From IMG/VR virus record IMGVR_UViG_3300016472_000141, positions 1 through 26,153 of that record: a DNA stretch of 26,153 nt; one strand, written 5' to 3'. Made by a program: the position numbers and the translations under genes. How positions within the stretch are numbered: position 1 is the stretch's first letter; every line of letters begins with the position of its first letter. Under the pieces are notes generated by a model. That model was not told where the DNA came from. It was given only the letters and a program-made list of their open reading frames with translations, and made no database searches. The stretch comes from a virus (Duplodnaviria > Caudoviricetes). This document shows, in pieces, positions 16,954 to 25,213 of this stretch.

Positions 16954-17613
16954 TCAGTTGTCGCTGGGCCACTCCAGCCCAGTGACCTCCAACGGCTGCG
17001 GGTAGAACTCGCCACGGCCAGGGCGCTCCTGGTCTTCGCACAGCTGCGCGAAGACGTACCGGGCCAGCGGCTCGTCGCCGGCCTGGCGCGAGTAGGGGAT
17101 CACCGGAGACCCAGACTCGCGGCGCTGCTGCACCTCGGCCTCAGTCGGTATCGTGATGAGGAACCCCTTCCGGCGCAGGTTGAGGCCGTTGTCGCCCATC
17201 GCGTCGGACACGGTGCCAGACGCCTCGGCCGACGACTTCTTGCCGCCGTCGGTGAATCGAACAACCGTCCGCTGCAGTCGCTCGCGCACCAACTCGATCT
17301 GGTCCTGGTCCCACTTCACCAGCGCGCCGATGACGGGGACGCGACGGCTGCCGCCGGCGCCGTCCTTCAGCACCACCTCCTCCATCTTCGGGAAGCACTC
17401 TCCGCCAGCGTACGCACCTTCGGTGGGACAGCTCGGCAAGGTGCCGATCCAGTACCAGTACGACCGCGACATCACCGCCTTGTGGTGGTCGAGGTTGACC
17501 GCGAAGTCGGAGCCGTCCAGCTTCTTGCGCGACGGCTTCTCCGCCTTCGGCTTCTTGCCGGTGCGCGCGATGGTGGTGACGGGCTCGGTCGGGGGGATCT
17601 CGTGACTGCTCAT
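16954..17613 (-). CDS. Hypothetical protein after the capsid gene
   Basis: 219-aa ORF with GGAG SD, basic disordered N-terminus; fills the gap. Confidence 0.75.
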   Translation of the reverse strand: MSSHEIPPTEPVTTIARTGKKPKAEKPSRKKLDGSDFAVNLDHHKAVMSRSYWYWIGTLPSCPTEGAYAGGECFPKMEEVVLKDGAGGSRRVPVIGALVKWDQDQIELVRERLQRTVVRFTDGGKKSSAEASGTVSDAMGDNGLNLRRKGFLITIPTEAEVQQRRESGSPVIPYSRQAGDEPLARYVFAQLCEDQERPGRGEFYPQPLEVTGLEWPSDN

Positions 17614-17659
17614 TGCTTCACTCCAGGGACTTTCTGGTTCAGTGATGGGGATGGATAGG

Positions 17660-17698
17660 AAAAGAGCCGCCGCCCCATCCCGAGAGGCGGCGGCCCTT
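17660..17698 (-). terminator. Rho-independent terminator after major capsid gene
   Basis: Minus strand GGGCCGCCGCC-TCTCGGGATGG-GGCGGCGGCTC-TTTT. Confidence 0.75.
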
Positions 17699-17715
17699 GT
17701 GCTTTGTCAGGCCGC

Positions 17716-18690
17716 TCAGCCGAGCTTGATCGCGGCGTACGGCAGCGCGATGCCCGCGCCGACGCGGGCGTCCCACTGGATCGACTCCTGCAGCGACTGG
17801 CGCACCTGGTCGCTGTTGTTGTCGCCCTGGAACGAGGTCTGCTCGACCACCGCCTGACGCGTGACGGTGAACGTCGACTTCTTCGGCGGGTTCTTCAGGA
17901 ACACGAACCAGTCGCTGCCCGTCAGGCGCGGCGTGATCATCAGGTCGACGTTGCGCGCTGCGTCGATGATCTGGTTGCTGACGCCGGCGCTGGAGCCCTG
18001 GACCAACTTCTGCAGGAACGCCTGCTCGAACAGGCGGCTGAGGTTGGCAGGCGCGACGACGATCGTGCCGGCTGCGATGGTCTCCGGCGCGAACAGCGGC
18101 TGGCCCTTGCCGTCCTGCATCAGCATGAACTGGTTGATGGCGCGGTAGTAGTCGGTCTGCAGGTCGGTGACCGACGCGACGCCCGTGCGGGTCAGCGAGT
18201 TGCCGCTCGACACACCGAAGCGGTTGGCGCTGTTGGCCGTGGTCGCGAACATCGCCGCACCGTCCGGAGCGAGCGGGATCGCCGGCAGCGTGTTGGCGGT
18301 GTTCGTGATCAGGTCGAAGAACATGCGCTCAGGGAGAAGCGCGAACGACTCGCCCGCCATGCGCGCCGCGTCGAGCAGCGACTGCGTCTGGTCGTCCATC
18401 CGGTCGTCGCGGTGCCACTGCACGCGACGTCCGAAGTTGTGCACGGTGGCCGTAAAGCGCACCGAGCCCATCGCGTCCGTCGGGATGGGATCGCCGCGAC
18501 GCCAGAACTCGGCGTGCGGGCCGGCCTCGAAGTACGCGAACTCCTTCTGGCGGTTGTCGACGTTGATCGACAAATCCATGAGAGCCGCGATGCGGCTGTC
18601 GGCGACTCGGTCGCGGACCTTGGTGTACGTGTCGGTGAACTCCGACCGCAGACCGTTGACCAGAACGTTGCTGGTGAGAATGGTGGACAT
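17716..18690 (-). CDS. Mu-like major capsid protein (gpT family)
   Basis: NFGRRVQWHRDDRMDD..AGESFA..DGAAMFA..GQPL..VVAPANL..PRLTGSDWFV..DARVGAG; 324 aa. Confidence 0.9.
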   Translation of the reverse strand: MSTILTSNVLVNGLRSEFTDTYTKVRDRVADSRIAALMDLSINVDNRQKEFAYFEAGPHAEFWRRGDPIPTDAMGSVRFTATVHNFGRRVQWHRDDRMDDQTQSLLDAARMAGESFALLPERMFFDLITNTANTLPAIPLAPDGAAMFATTANSANRFGVSSGNSLTRTGVASVTDLQTDYYRAINQFMLMQDGKGQPLFAPETIAAGTIVVAPANLSRLFEQAFLQKLVQGSSAGVSNQIIDAARNVDLMITPRLTGSDWFVFLKNPPKKSTFTVTRQAVVEQTSFQGDNNSDQVRQSLQESIQWDARVGAGIALPYAAIKLG

Positions 18691-18710
18691 TTGTCAGGTC
18701 TCCGGTTGGG

Positions 18711-19157
18711 TCAGTTGAGGCCGTACTGCTCTTCGGGCGTGAACAACGTCACGTCGCCGAAGCCGGCGGAGCGGAAGCGAGTGGCGTAGCCGATCGCCTT
18801 GATGTTGGTTGCTGCGGTCTTCGTGCAGTCGGCCGGGTTGTCCGTCGAGCAGTAGATCAAGCTGCGCACGTCGCCCTGGACGAACGTGCCGGCGATCGCG
18901 ACGTTCTGCAGCGTGACGCCCGAGACGTCGACGATCCCCTCCACCGGCGGCGTCGCGGTGGTGTCGCCAGTGACGGTCTGCTGCAAGATGCCGACCGGAC
19001 GGAAGCCGGACGTGTCGGCGAGCTTCACGAGGAAGCCGGAGGTGTTGATCGCGACCAGCGACCCCGCGTAGAGGGTCGTGGAGTTCGCGACGACGTAGCT
19101 GCGCGTCTTGGCGCGGCCGAAGCCCAGGTTCACCTGGGCAGCGGTGAGGTTTGCCAT
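18711..19157 (-). CDS. Capsid cement/decoration protein
   Basis: SYVVANSTTLYAGSLVAINTSG..PVGI..GDVRSLIYCSTDN; located between protease and capsid genes. Confidence 0.8.
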   Translation of the reverse strand: MANLTAAQVNLGFGRAKTRSYVVANSTTLYAGSLVAINTSGFLVKLADTSGFRPVGILQQTVTGDTTATPPVEGIVDVSGVTLQNVAIAGTFVQGDVRSLIYCSTDNPADCTKTAATNIKAIGYATRFRSAGFGDVTLFTPEEQYGLN

Positions 19158-19173
19158 GGTTCAGTCTCCTGTG

Positions 19174-19878
19174 TCAGTTGTTCCGGTTGGCGAGACCCAT
19201 GTGGATCTCGACGTAGCGCTCCTGCGAGACGCGCACGGCGCCGTGCGCCGACAGCTCGTCCCACTCCTGCGAGAACCGCAGCGCCTTCCGCACCGCGTCG
19301 GGCCCCTGCGCCTCGTACTTCATCGCGACTGCCGGCACCTTCTCGGCGGCCTTCAGCGCGATCGCTTGGCTGTGGTCCTTCACCAGCGGCCCCACGCTCG
19401 TCGCGAAGGCCTCGACGTACGCGGCGAACGCGGCCTCGCCGTGCGTCTTGTGGAAGGCAACCAGCTTCTGCTCCAGATCGGCACCCAGCGGACGACCTTC
19501 CAGGCGCTTCAGCGCGATGGCCACCTGCTCCTTGCGCAGGATCTCGCCGCGGAACTCGGCCGCCTTCGCCTTCTCGGCCTCGAGCTCGCCAGCCATGCGC
19601 GCCATCTGGACGCGCAGCTCGCTGTCCTCGTCGCGCTTCATCGAAGCGCGGCCGGCGCCGGGAGACGGAGCCTTTGCCGGCTCGTCGTAGCCCATGGTCA
19701 GCGGCGACACGGCCGCCATCTGGTCCTTGAGCGCGTCGCAGAGCTGCGCGATCACGTCGGCCGGGATCGTGCCGGCCTTGATCGCAGCCATGACGGACGC
19801 GATGGCGGCCTGCAGGTCAGCAGCGGGAGCCGCGCCGTTGGCGGCGGCGTCAGCAGTTGTGGTGGTCTGGTCGTCCAT
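19174..19878 (-). CDS. Nested in-frame scaffolding protein (Mu gpZ-like)
   Basis: In-frame ATG 19878 (MDDQTTTTADAAA..) at the protease/scaffold boundary, about 39 nt downstream of the predicted start site of motif promoter copy 2. Confidence 0.6.
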   Translation of the reverse strand: MDDQTTTTADAAANGAAPAADLQAAIASVMAAIKAGTIPADVIAQLCDALKDQMAAVSPLTMGYDEPAKAPSPGAGRASMKRDEDSELRVQMARMAGELEAEKAKAAEFRGEILRKEQVAIALKRLEGRPLGADLEQKLVAFHKTHGEAAFAAYVEAFATSVGPLVKDHSQAIALKAAEKVPAVAMKYEAQGPDAVRKALRFSQEWDELSAHGAVRVSQERYVEIHMGLANRNN

Positions 19879-20463
19879 GTTGAACAGCAGGGCAGCTCGC
19901 AGGCCACGCCTGAAGATGGCGCGAAACGTAGAACCCGACTTGCCCGCGGTTGTTCCACCTGGAACGCGCGCGCCAGATTCTTCGACGCGCTCGACGCGCG
20001 ACACCATCAGCATCGGGAGCTCCAGGAACGGAGCCTCGTGGTCGAGCAAAGCCAGCGAGTCGAACGCGGGCTGGTTGACGTTGAAGATCTCGACGCTGCG
20101 GTACGGGTAGCGCTTCGCCAGCACCTCGGCCGCCACCGCCGGGTCGGTGATGACCAGGTCAGCCAAGACCGCCAGGCGCGGCTCGCCCTTGAAGCGGATC
20201 TTGTCGGTGCCCGAGATGCGAAAAAACCCAGCCGGCTTGACGTCGACGCCGTCCTCGTGGTGCCGCACGTGCAGCGGCGGCAGGTAACCCTCGGACGCCG
20301 AGCTCTGCGCCTTCGCGACGGCAGCCTCGATCCACTCGCCGTCGAACTCGTGCTCGCCGCGGCTGCACTCGACGAAGATCGGGACGCTGTGCACCGTCAG
20401 CACGCCGTCCGACGAGCGCGTCGCACGGTAGCCAGAACCAGCCATGGTCAGGGTGTCGGTCAT
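19174..20463 (-). CDS. Mu gpI-like prohead protease/scaffold
   Basis: Start re-assigned to ATG 20463. PPLHVRHH..PAGF..RYPYRSVEI..SLALL..P protease motifs followed by a helical Ala/Glu/Lys-rich scaffold half. Confidence 0.85.
   Translation of the reverse strand: MTDTLTMAGSGYRATRSSDGVLTVHSVPIFVECSRGEHEFDGEWIEAAVAKAQSSASEGYLPPLHVRHHEDGVDVKPAGFFRISGTDKIRFKGEPRLAVLADLVITDPAVAAEVLAKRYPYRSVEIFNVNQPAFDSLALLDHEAPFLELPMLMVSRVERVEESGARVPGGTTAGKSGSTFRAIFRRGLRAALLFNMDDQTTTTADAAANGAAPAADLQAAIASVMAAIKAGTIPADVIAQLCDALKDQMAAVSPLTMGYDEPAKAPSPGAGRASMKRDEDSELRVQMARMAGELEAEKAKAAEFRGEILRKEQVAIALKRLEGRPLGADLEQKLVAFHKTHGEAAFAAYVEAFATSVGPLVKDHSQAIALKAAEKVPAVAMKYEAQGPDAVRKALRFSQEWDELSAHGAVRVSQERYVEIHMGLANRNN
19917..19965 (-). 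promoter_or_regulatory. Late-promoter motif copy 2 (internal to protease gene)
   Basis: GTTCCACCTGGAAC 19952-19965; 21 nt; TACGTT (19925-19930); 7 nt; A at 19917. Confidence 0.65.
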
Positions 20464-20511
20464 CCACCGCACCCTACTGCGGCCGCCTATGTCAGCCGTT
20501 CCACCTGGAAC
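20463..20511 (-). promoter_or_regulatory. Late-promoter motif copy 3 (leaderless protease transcript)
   Basis: GTTCCACCTGGAAC 20498-20511; 21 nt; TAGGGT (20471-20476); 7 nt; ATG 20463. Confidence 0.7.
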
Positions 20512-20725
20512 GCCTCGTGCCCAGCTCGGCGTCGTCCACGAACCGCTCGATGCACTCCTGCGTCGGCAAGCTCGGCGCTTGCGTGTCTCCTCGCAACAGC
20601 CGAAACAGCGTGGTGCGTCCGACGGGGATCTCGCTGGCCACCGTCGTGGCCCCTTGCTGCTCGACGATCTGACGCAGCCTCTCGCGAGTCTGCGGCCAGT
20701 CATCCGCATCCCGCCGCATCGCCAT
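20492..20725 (-). CDS. Small Cro/XRE-like HTH protein inside the head module
   Basis: LRQIVEQQGATTVASEIPVGRTTLFRLLRGDTQAPS; 77 aa. Confidence 0.75.
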   Translation of the reverse strand: MAMRRDADDWPQTRERLRQIVEQQGATTVASEIPVGRTTLFRLLRGDTQAPSLPTQECIERFVDDAELGTRRSRWNG

Positions 20726-20729
20726 CGCC

Positions 20730-21269
20730 CTACTTGGACTCCAGGGACAGACGAACCACGACGCGGGTCAACCCAGTCGGCGTCCACGCGCCACCGCGCA
20801 GGGCCAGAAGCCCGTACAGCGCTCCGGTCGTCGTGGTGAACGAGCGGCCCGTCTGAAAGCGGACGTTGCCGTCCATCTCGTAGAAGTGAGTCGTCGCATT
20901 GACCGCGCTCCGCGCACCGTTCAGGAACGTGAACCGGTGGACACACGCAGTCAGGTCTCCGCTCGACAACGACAGTGCCGCGTTGTCGAGGTGGTCCGTC
21001 ACCGGGCGGTCGAAGATGTACAGCTCGAAGTCGGCCGTCGCGCCGGCGCTCTCGATCACGAGGTGCGCCGCGTTGATCATCCCGCTCGCTCCAGAGCCCG
21101 GGAAGTGCAGCTGGCACGCCGTGCTGGTCGAGTTGCTGATGACGTCGCCCACGCTGTATGCCGTGGTGTCGTTGGGCCGCTGGAAGAACGACCAGATCGG
21201 GAAGTTGGCGGTCTGGACGTCGCTGAAGAACGCCCTGTCCGCTGTGGTGAGCGATACGAGGTTGACCAT
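20730..21269 (-). CDS. Putative virion beta-sandwich protein (RPNDTTAYSVGDV-type)
   Basis: Start re-assigned to ATG 21269; RPNDTTAYSVGDVI..FELYIFD..LYGLL motif recalled from phage structural proteins. Confidence 0.7.
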   Translation of the reverse strand: MVNLVSLTTADRAFFSDVQTANFPIWSFFQRPNDTTAYSVGDVISNSTSTACQLHFPGSGASGMINAAHLVIESAGATADFELYIFDRPVTDHLDNAALSLSSGDLTACVHRFTFLNGARSAVNATTHFYEMDGNVRFQTGRSFTTTTGALYGLLALRGGAWTPTGLTRVVVRLSLESK

Positions 21270-21277
21270 GTGACTGG

Positions 21278-22225
21278 CTAGGTGGTGATGAACAGGTCGG
21301 GGCGGCCGGTATGCCGGAACCCTTCGTCGGGGAAAACGCCAGACGGCAGCGTGTCCTCTTGGATCTTGCCGTCCTTGCTGATTCGTCCGGCGCGCCGCAG
21401 CATCGGCACGCTCACACTCGACACTTGGCAGCGGCAGTTGTAGCCGAGCGGGGGAGCGATCTTGTTCCAGACGGGGTTGTCGGACCGGAAGATTAGGCCG
21501 TTCGCGGCGAGGTGGTTGTGGCGCGTGTCGCCGTCGCCAACCGCATCGAAGCGGAAGCACGGCACGATGTCGCGGATGTCCTGGTCCTGCGCTTGCCGAA
21601 ACCGTCCCGCCGTCACCGCGGTGTTCACGTTCGTCCGGAACGCCATGCGCGCATAGGCGTCCGACCACGGCTCCGTCTCCTGCCGGACGCGCTCTACCGT
21701 CGTGCGGATCTCTCTTGCCGCCTCGCCCTCGCCAACGCCCTCGCGCAGCGCCTTGACCAGCAGCTGCTGCACTCGCTCTGTCACCGCCTGGTCGGCCGCC
21801 TTGGCGAACGCGACGACCCGGCCCTGCCCGTATGCGTACGCGATCCGGCCCGCTGTGCGCTCGGCCGCGTCCTTCAGCGTCACCGGCACACGGCCGACCA
21901 TCTCGTCGAGCGCCTCGCGGAACGTCACGCTCGGCAGCAGGGACTGCGACTCGAACGCCATCAACCGATCGCGCTCGGCGCGCAGCATCGAGGGGCGGTC
22001 CTGCCGCAGCACAGCCGCGGCCTGCCGCAGCATGATCATCGCGCCTACCACCTCACCCACGCCCATCGTCTCGCTGATGACGTTGCGCAGCCGCGCACGG
22101 GCATCCTCGAGCGGAGCAGGGTCGCCCTTCACCGTCGCCAGAAGCAGGTCCTGCACCGCCTCGGCGTAGAACCGGGCGTAGTGGTCGCCCATCGACTCCA
22201 GCCACTTCGACGGGTCGAGGTTCAC
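21278..22225 (-). CDS. Phage head morphogenesis protein (Mu gpF / SPP1 gp7 family)
   Basis: FRTNVNTAVTAGR..FDAVGDGDTRHNHLAANG..PVWNKIAPPLGYNCRC. Confidence 0.93.
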   Translation of the reverse strand: MNLDPSKWLESMGDHYARFYAEAVQDLLLATVKGDPAPLEDARARLRNVISETMGVGEVVGAMIMLRQAAAVLRQDRPSMLRAERDRLMAFESQSLLPSVTFREALDEMVGRVPVTLKDAAERTAGRIAYAYGQGRVVAFAKAADQAVTERVQQLLVKALREGVGEGEAAREIRTTVERVRQETEPWSDAYARMAFRTNVNTAVTAGRFRQAQDQDIRDIVPCFRFDAVGDGDTRHNHLAANGLIFRSDNPVWNKIAPPLGYNCRCQVSSVSVPMLRRAGRISKDGKIQEDTLPSGVFPDEGFRHTGRPDLFITT

Positions 22226-23553
22226 CGCGCGAACCCAGCAGGCATCCCCAGGCCACCGAGCGGCGCCGGCTGCATCGGCTGCGCGCCTTCCAACGCCGGC
22301 TCACCGTCCTGCGGCATGCGGAACCCGGTCTGCTCGTGGATGTCCTGCCGCGACAGCGGCACGCCCATGGCGTGCAGCATCTGAGCCACCTGCGCGCGCT
22401 GCAGCGGGTCGGTCAGCTTCTCCTGCCTGATGTTGAACCGCGGCATCTCCTCCGCGATTCCGAGCTCCTGCAGGTTCGCGTAGTTGTTCCACCAGACGCA
22501 CCCGAGCAAGTGGTCGGTGAGCGTCTCCTCCAGCGACTCGCGATCGAACTGGATCAGCGCCTCGGTGGAGTTCTCTTGCACCTCGGCCATCGCGTAGCTG
22601 CCGCCCTTGCTGGCCGAGGTCGTGAGGTTCGCGCACAGCACGAGCGTCACGATCACCGTGCGCATCTCGTCGCGCAGGTCCTTGAGCAGCTGCCAGCCCT
22701 CGCCGTTGCCCTGGATCACCTGGATGTCGTCGCTGCGGTCGCTGACGATCACATGGCGGCCGCGCATGTTCTCGATCGCCGTCACCCAGTCGTCGATCAA
22801 TGTGCTGTTCGGCTGTGCACTGCTGGCATCGCGCAGGCCGTCGATCTTGGCGTGAATGATGCCCTGCGAGAACCGCTCCGCCGCCTGCGTCGACTCGCTG
22901 AACACGTGGGCCTTGGTGTGCCACCACCAGCCGAGGGCCTCGCGCAGCGCGCGGCCGTAGCCCAGCGTGCCCTGCTCGTCGTTGTAGACGTGCCGCACCA
23001 TGTGGGCGGCTTCGTGCTCCGTGAGGTCCACCCACCGCGCACCAGGCACATCCCACCGCTGCCATGTCGCCGTCACCGTCTTGCCGTCGTTGTGCGGCAC
23101 GATGCGCATGGCCCGCTTGTCCACGTCCTCGAGCATCGTAGGCATCCACCACCACCGCTCGCGGCCGTCGCCGAGCGTCATGCGCCGCGTCTCGCCGTGG
23201 ATTCGGGCGTAGCGCGCGCCGTGGAAGAACGCACGGGCCAGCAGCTTGCGCGACGCCGTGAAGCGCTTCAGCTTGGACAGCAGCTGCCGGCCGACCATCA
23301 AGGACATGTCCGCGCGAGGCGAGCCCTCGACGGAAGGCTGCAGGTCCCACTGCCGGCCAGCCACGAGGGACTGTCGGTACTCGACGGCGTACGCGATGTC
23401 GCCGTCGCGCAGCATCTTGTCCTCGGCCTCCGGGTCGCGGGTCAGCCAGGTCGAGACGTCGTAGACCTGGACGCCGTTGCGCCAGGCAGACGACAGCGCC
23501 TGGACGAACAGCTGCTGCGCCTGCGCGTTGCGGTAACGGAGTTCCGAGACCAT
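22222..23553 (-). CDS. Portal protein (Mu gp29 / DUF935-like)
   Basis: MLRDGDI..R..V, ARAFFHG, LGYGRAL..WWW..K..AERF, NLTTSASKGGSYAMAEVQE, PRFNI; between TerL and gpF. Alternative start 23580. Confidence 0.85.
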   Translation of the reverse strand: MVSELRYRNAQAQQLFVQALSSAWRNGVQVYDVSTWLTRDPEAEDKMLRDGDIAYAVEYRQSLVAGRQWDLQPSVEGSPRADMSLMVGRQLLSKLKRFTASRKLLARAFFHGARYARIHGETRRMTLGDGRERWWWMPTMLEDVDKRAMRIVPHNDGKTVTATWQRWDVPGARWVDLTEHEAAHMVRHVYNDEQGTLGYGRALREALGWWWHTKAHVFSESTQAAERFSQGIIHAKIDGLRDASSAQPNSTLIDDWVTAIENMRGRHVIVSDRSDDIQVIQGNGEGWQLLKDLRDEMRTVIVTLVLCANLTTSASKGGSYAMAEVQENSTEALIQFDRESLEETLTDHLLGCVWWNNYANLQELGIAEEMPRFNIRQEKLTDPLQRAQVAQMLHAMGVPLSRQDIHEQTGFRMPQDGEPALEGAQPMQPAPLGGLGMPAGFAR

Positions 23554-23614
23554 GCGGTGCCCCGGATCATCCGCCCCCATCTGGGGCCGTCAAGACCCCA
23601 TGGTGCGGAACCGA

Positions 23615-25213
23615 TCACAGGCGTCGGCCGCGTTCCTGCTCGTCGCGCTCGTCGGGGTGCTGGTCGAGAGGGTCGGTCACGGTCTTCGGCGCCGGCCGTA
23701 GCGGAGCCTGCGCTCCGCCGACCGGATGGGCCTCCAGCCAGGCCCACGCGCCACTCGTTGCGTCGACCACGTCGCACCGCGGCCCGTCAGGAAACGCCTC
23801 CAGCTCGTCGAGGTACTCCGACGTCCAGCTGCCAGCGAACAGGCGCAGGCCGTCTCGCTCGGCAGCGACGCCAACGGAAGCGTCAAGGCCCCACCAGGGC
23901 CCGCCGGTGTTCGGCGCTTCGCCGCGGCGCTGGTAGCCGCGCTCCAGGCAAGACGCGACAGGGTCGGCGCGCCCTGCCTTGCCCAGTTCGCTGCCTGGCT
24001 GCCGGAGCATGTGCGCGCGCTCTCGATCCGTCAGGTCCGGCCCGCCGACGCGGGGCCGCGCGCCGACGACGCGGTAGCCCATCGCGCGCAGGCGGCCGGA
24101 GAGCGCCTCGAACTGCGCGGGGCCGCCGCTGCCGCCCTCGATCTCCAGGCCCACGGTCACACCGAAGCCGTCCGCTTGCGCCGTCTGCACGATCAGGTCG
24201 TCGCGCTTGCCCGGCGTCGCGCGGAAGGCCACGACGTGCTCGACGGCCCGCACGCCGGCCCGGTGGCGCGCCATGCGCACACCGGCCGTGCGAGCGGCGT
24301 CCTGCTTCTCGCTCGCGGCAAGGTCCCACCACCGGACGCGCAGGCAGTCACGGCTCGGCCAGATGTCCTCGGCACCGAGCAGCGCCCCGAACCACTCGCG
24401 CCGGAAGTAGTCGCCCGGCTCGCGCGCCCTCCAGTCGCCGTGCTCGAGCTGCGCGCGCACGGTCGGGTGTAGGTGCCGCATGCCGGCGAGGTAACTGGCT
24501 CCGTCCAGGCTCGGGTTGTCTTGGATGCGCGCCGACACGAAGCAGCCAGGCAGCTCGGCGTCGATGTTGGCGACCTCGTCGCCGACGAAGAGCGACTTGA
24601 CCCACTCGTGGCCTGGTCCGCCTGGGTTGCTGGCACCGAGCGTGCGCAGCGGGATCGTGCAGCCCTCGCGGCGGCGGACGCGGGTGATGCCGACGTAGTC
24701 GAACTGCGACCTGACCGGGAACTGCGTCAGCTCGTCCCAGCAGGTCTGGTGGAACTCTGCGCCCTGATAGCGCAGGTGGTCGGTGGGGTCCTGCAGGTAT
24801 CCGAACGAGACGCGCGCGCCGCTCGGGAACGTGAACGTCTTCGTCTCACCCGACCACGCGACGCCGCGCGGCTTCCACCACGCCAGCGCGCGGTCCATGA
24901 TCGCGCCGGGCAAGGCGAGGTCGGCGTACGTGCGGCGCAGCGTCAGCGCCTGGAACTCGCCGTGCTGCCACGCCATCTGCGCGAGCGACATCAGCAGGGC
25001 ATCCGACTTTCCGCCGCCGGCGGCCCCCCCGTACAGCGCCTGCATGACGCGACCTCCCGACGGCCTGGTCTTGTGCAAGCCAAGGAACAGCGCCTGCGGC
25101 GGGTGCGGCCAGTGCGGGATGTAGGGGTTGCCGAGGACGCCCGGGCAGACGGCCTCGAAGGCGGCGGCGAAGGCCTCTCGCGCTACGGCCTCACGCTCAG
25201 CTGTCTTCGCCAC
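23615..25213 (-). CDS. terL: Terminase large subunit
   Basis: Walker A YGGAAGGGKS, Walker B CWDELTQF, ASNPGGPGHEWVK, nuclease WWDLAAS..EIEGGSGG..AFPDG..DVVDA. Confidence 0.95.
   Translation of the reverse strand: MAKTAEREAVAREAFAAAFEAVCPGVLGNPYIPHWPHPPQALFLGLHKTRPSGGRVMQALYGGAAGGGKSDALLMSLAQMAWQHGEFQALTLRRTYADLALPGAIMDRALAWWKPRGVAWSGETKTFTFPSGARVSFGYLQDPTDHLRYQGAEFHQTCWDELTQFPVRSQFDYVGITRVRRREGCTIPLRTLGASNPGGPGHEWVKSLFVGDEVANIDAELPGCFVSARIQDNPSLDGASYLAGMRHLHPTVRAQLEHGDWRAREPGDYFRREWFGALLGAEDIWPSRDCLRVRWWDLAASEKQDAARTAGVRMARHRAGVRAVEHVVAFRATPGKRDDLIVQTAQADGFGVTVGLEIEGGSGGPAQFEALSGRLRAMGYRVVGARPRVGGPDLTDRERAHMLRQPGSELGKAGRADPVASCLERGYQRRGEAPNTGGPWWGLDASVGVAAERDGLRLFAGSWTSEYLDELEAFPDGPRCDVVDATSGAWAWLEAHPVGGAQAPLRPAPKTVTDPLDQHPDERDEQERGRRL

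Noticed and set aside
19931-19965. ECF-sigma promoter (GGAAC-N17-GTT)
   Set aside because: Fits copy 2 only; TAnnnT at 20-21 nt fits all three copies. Not fully excluded.
20464-21668. N-terminal extensions of ORFs 19174..21117 and 20730..21668 (likewise 10837..12279, 11619..12302, 1851..2285, 25197..25796)
   Set aside because: They overlap other credible genes; downstream starts with stop/start coupling or promoter support fit better.
23566-23593. Sigma70-like promoter TTGACG-16-GATGAT before the portal gene
   Set aside because: Weak -10 and overlapping GC hairpins; insufficient support.
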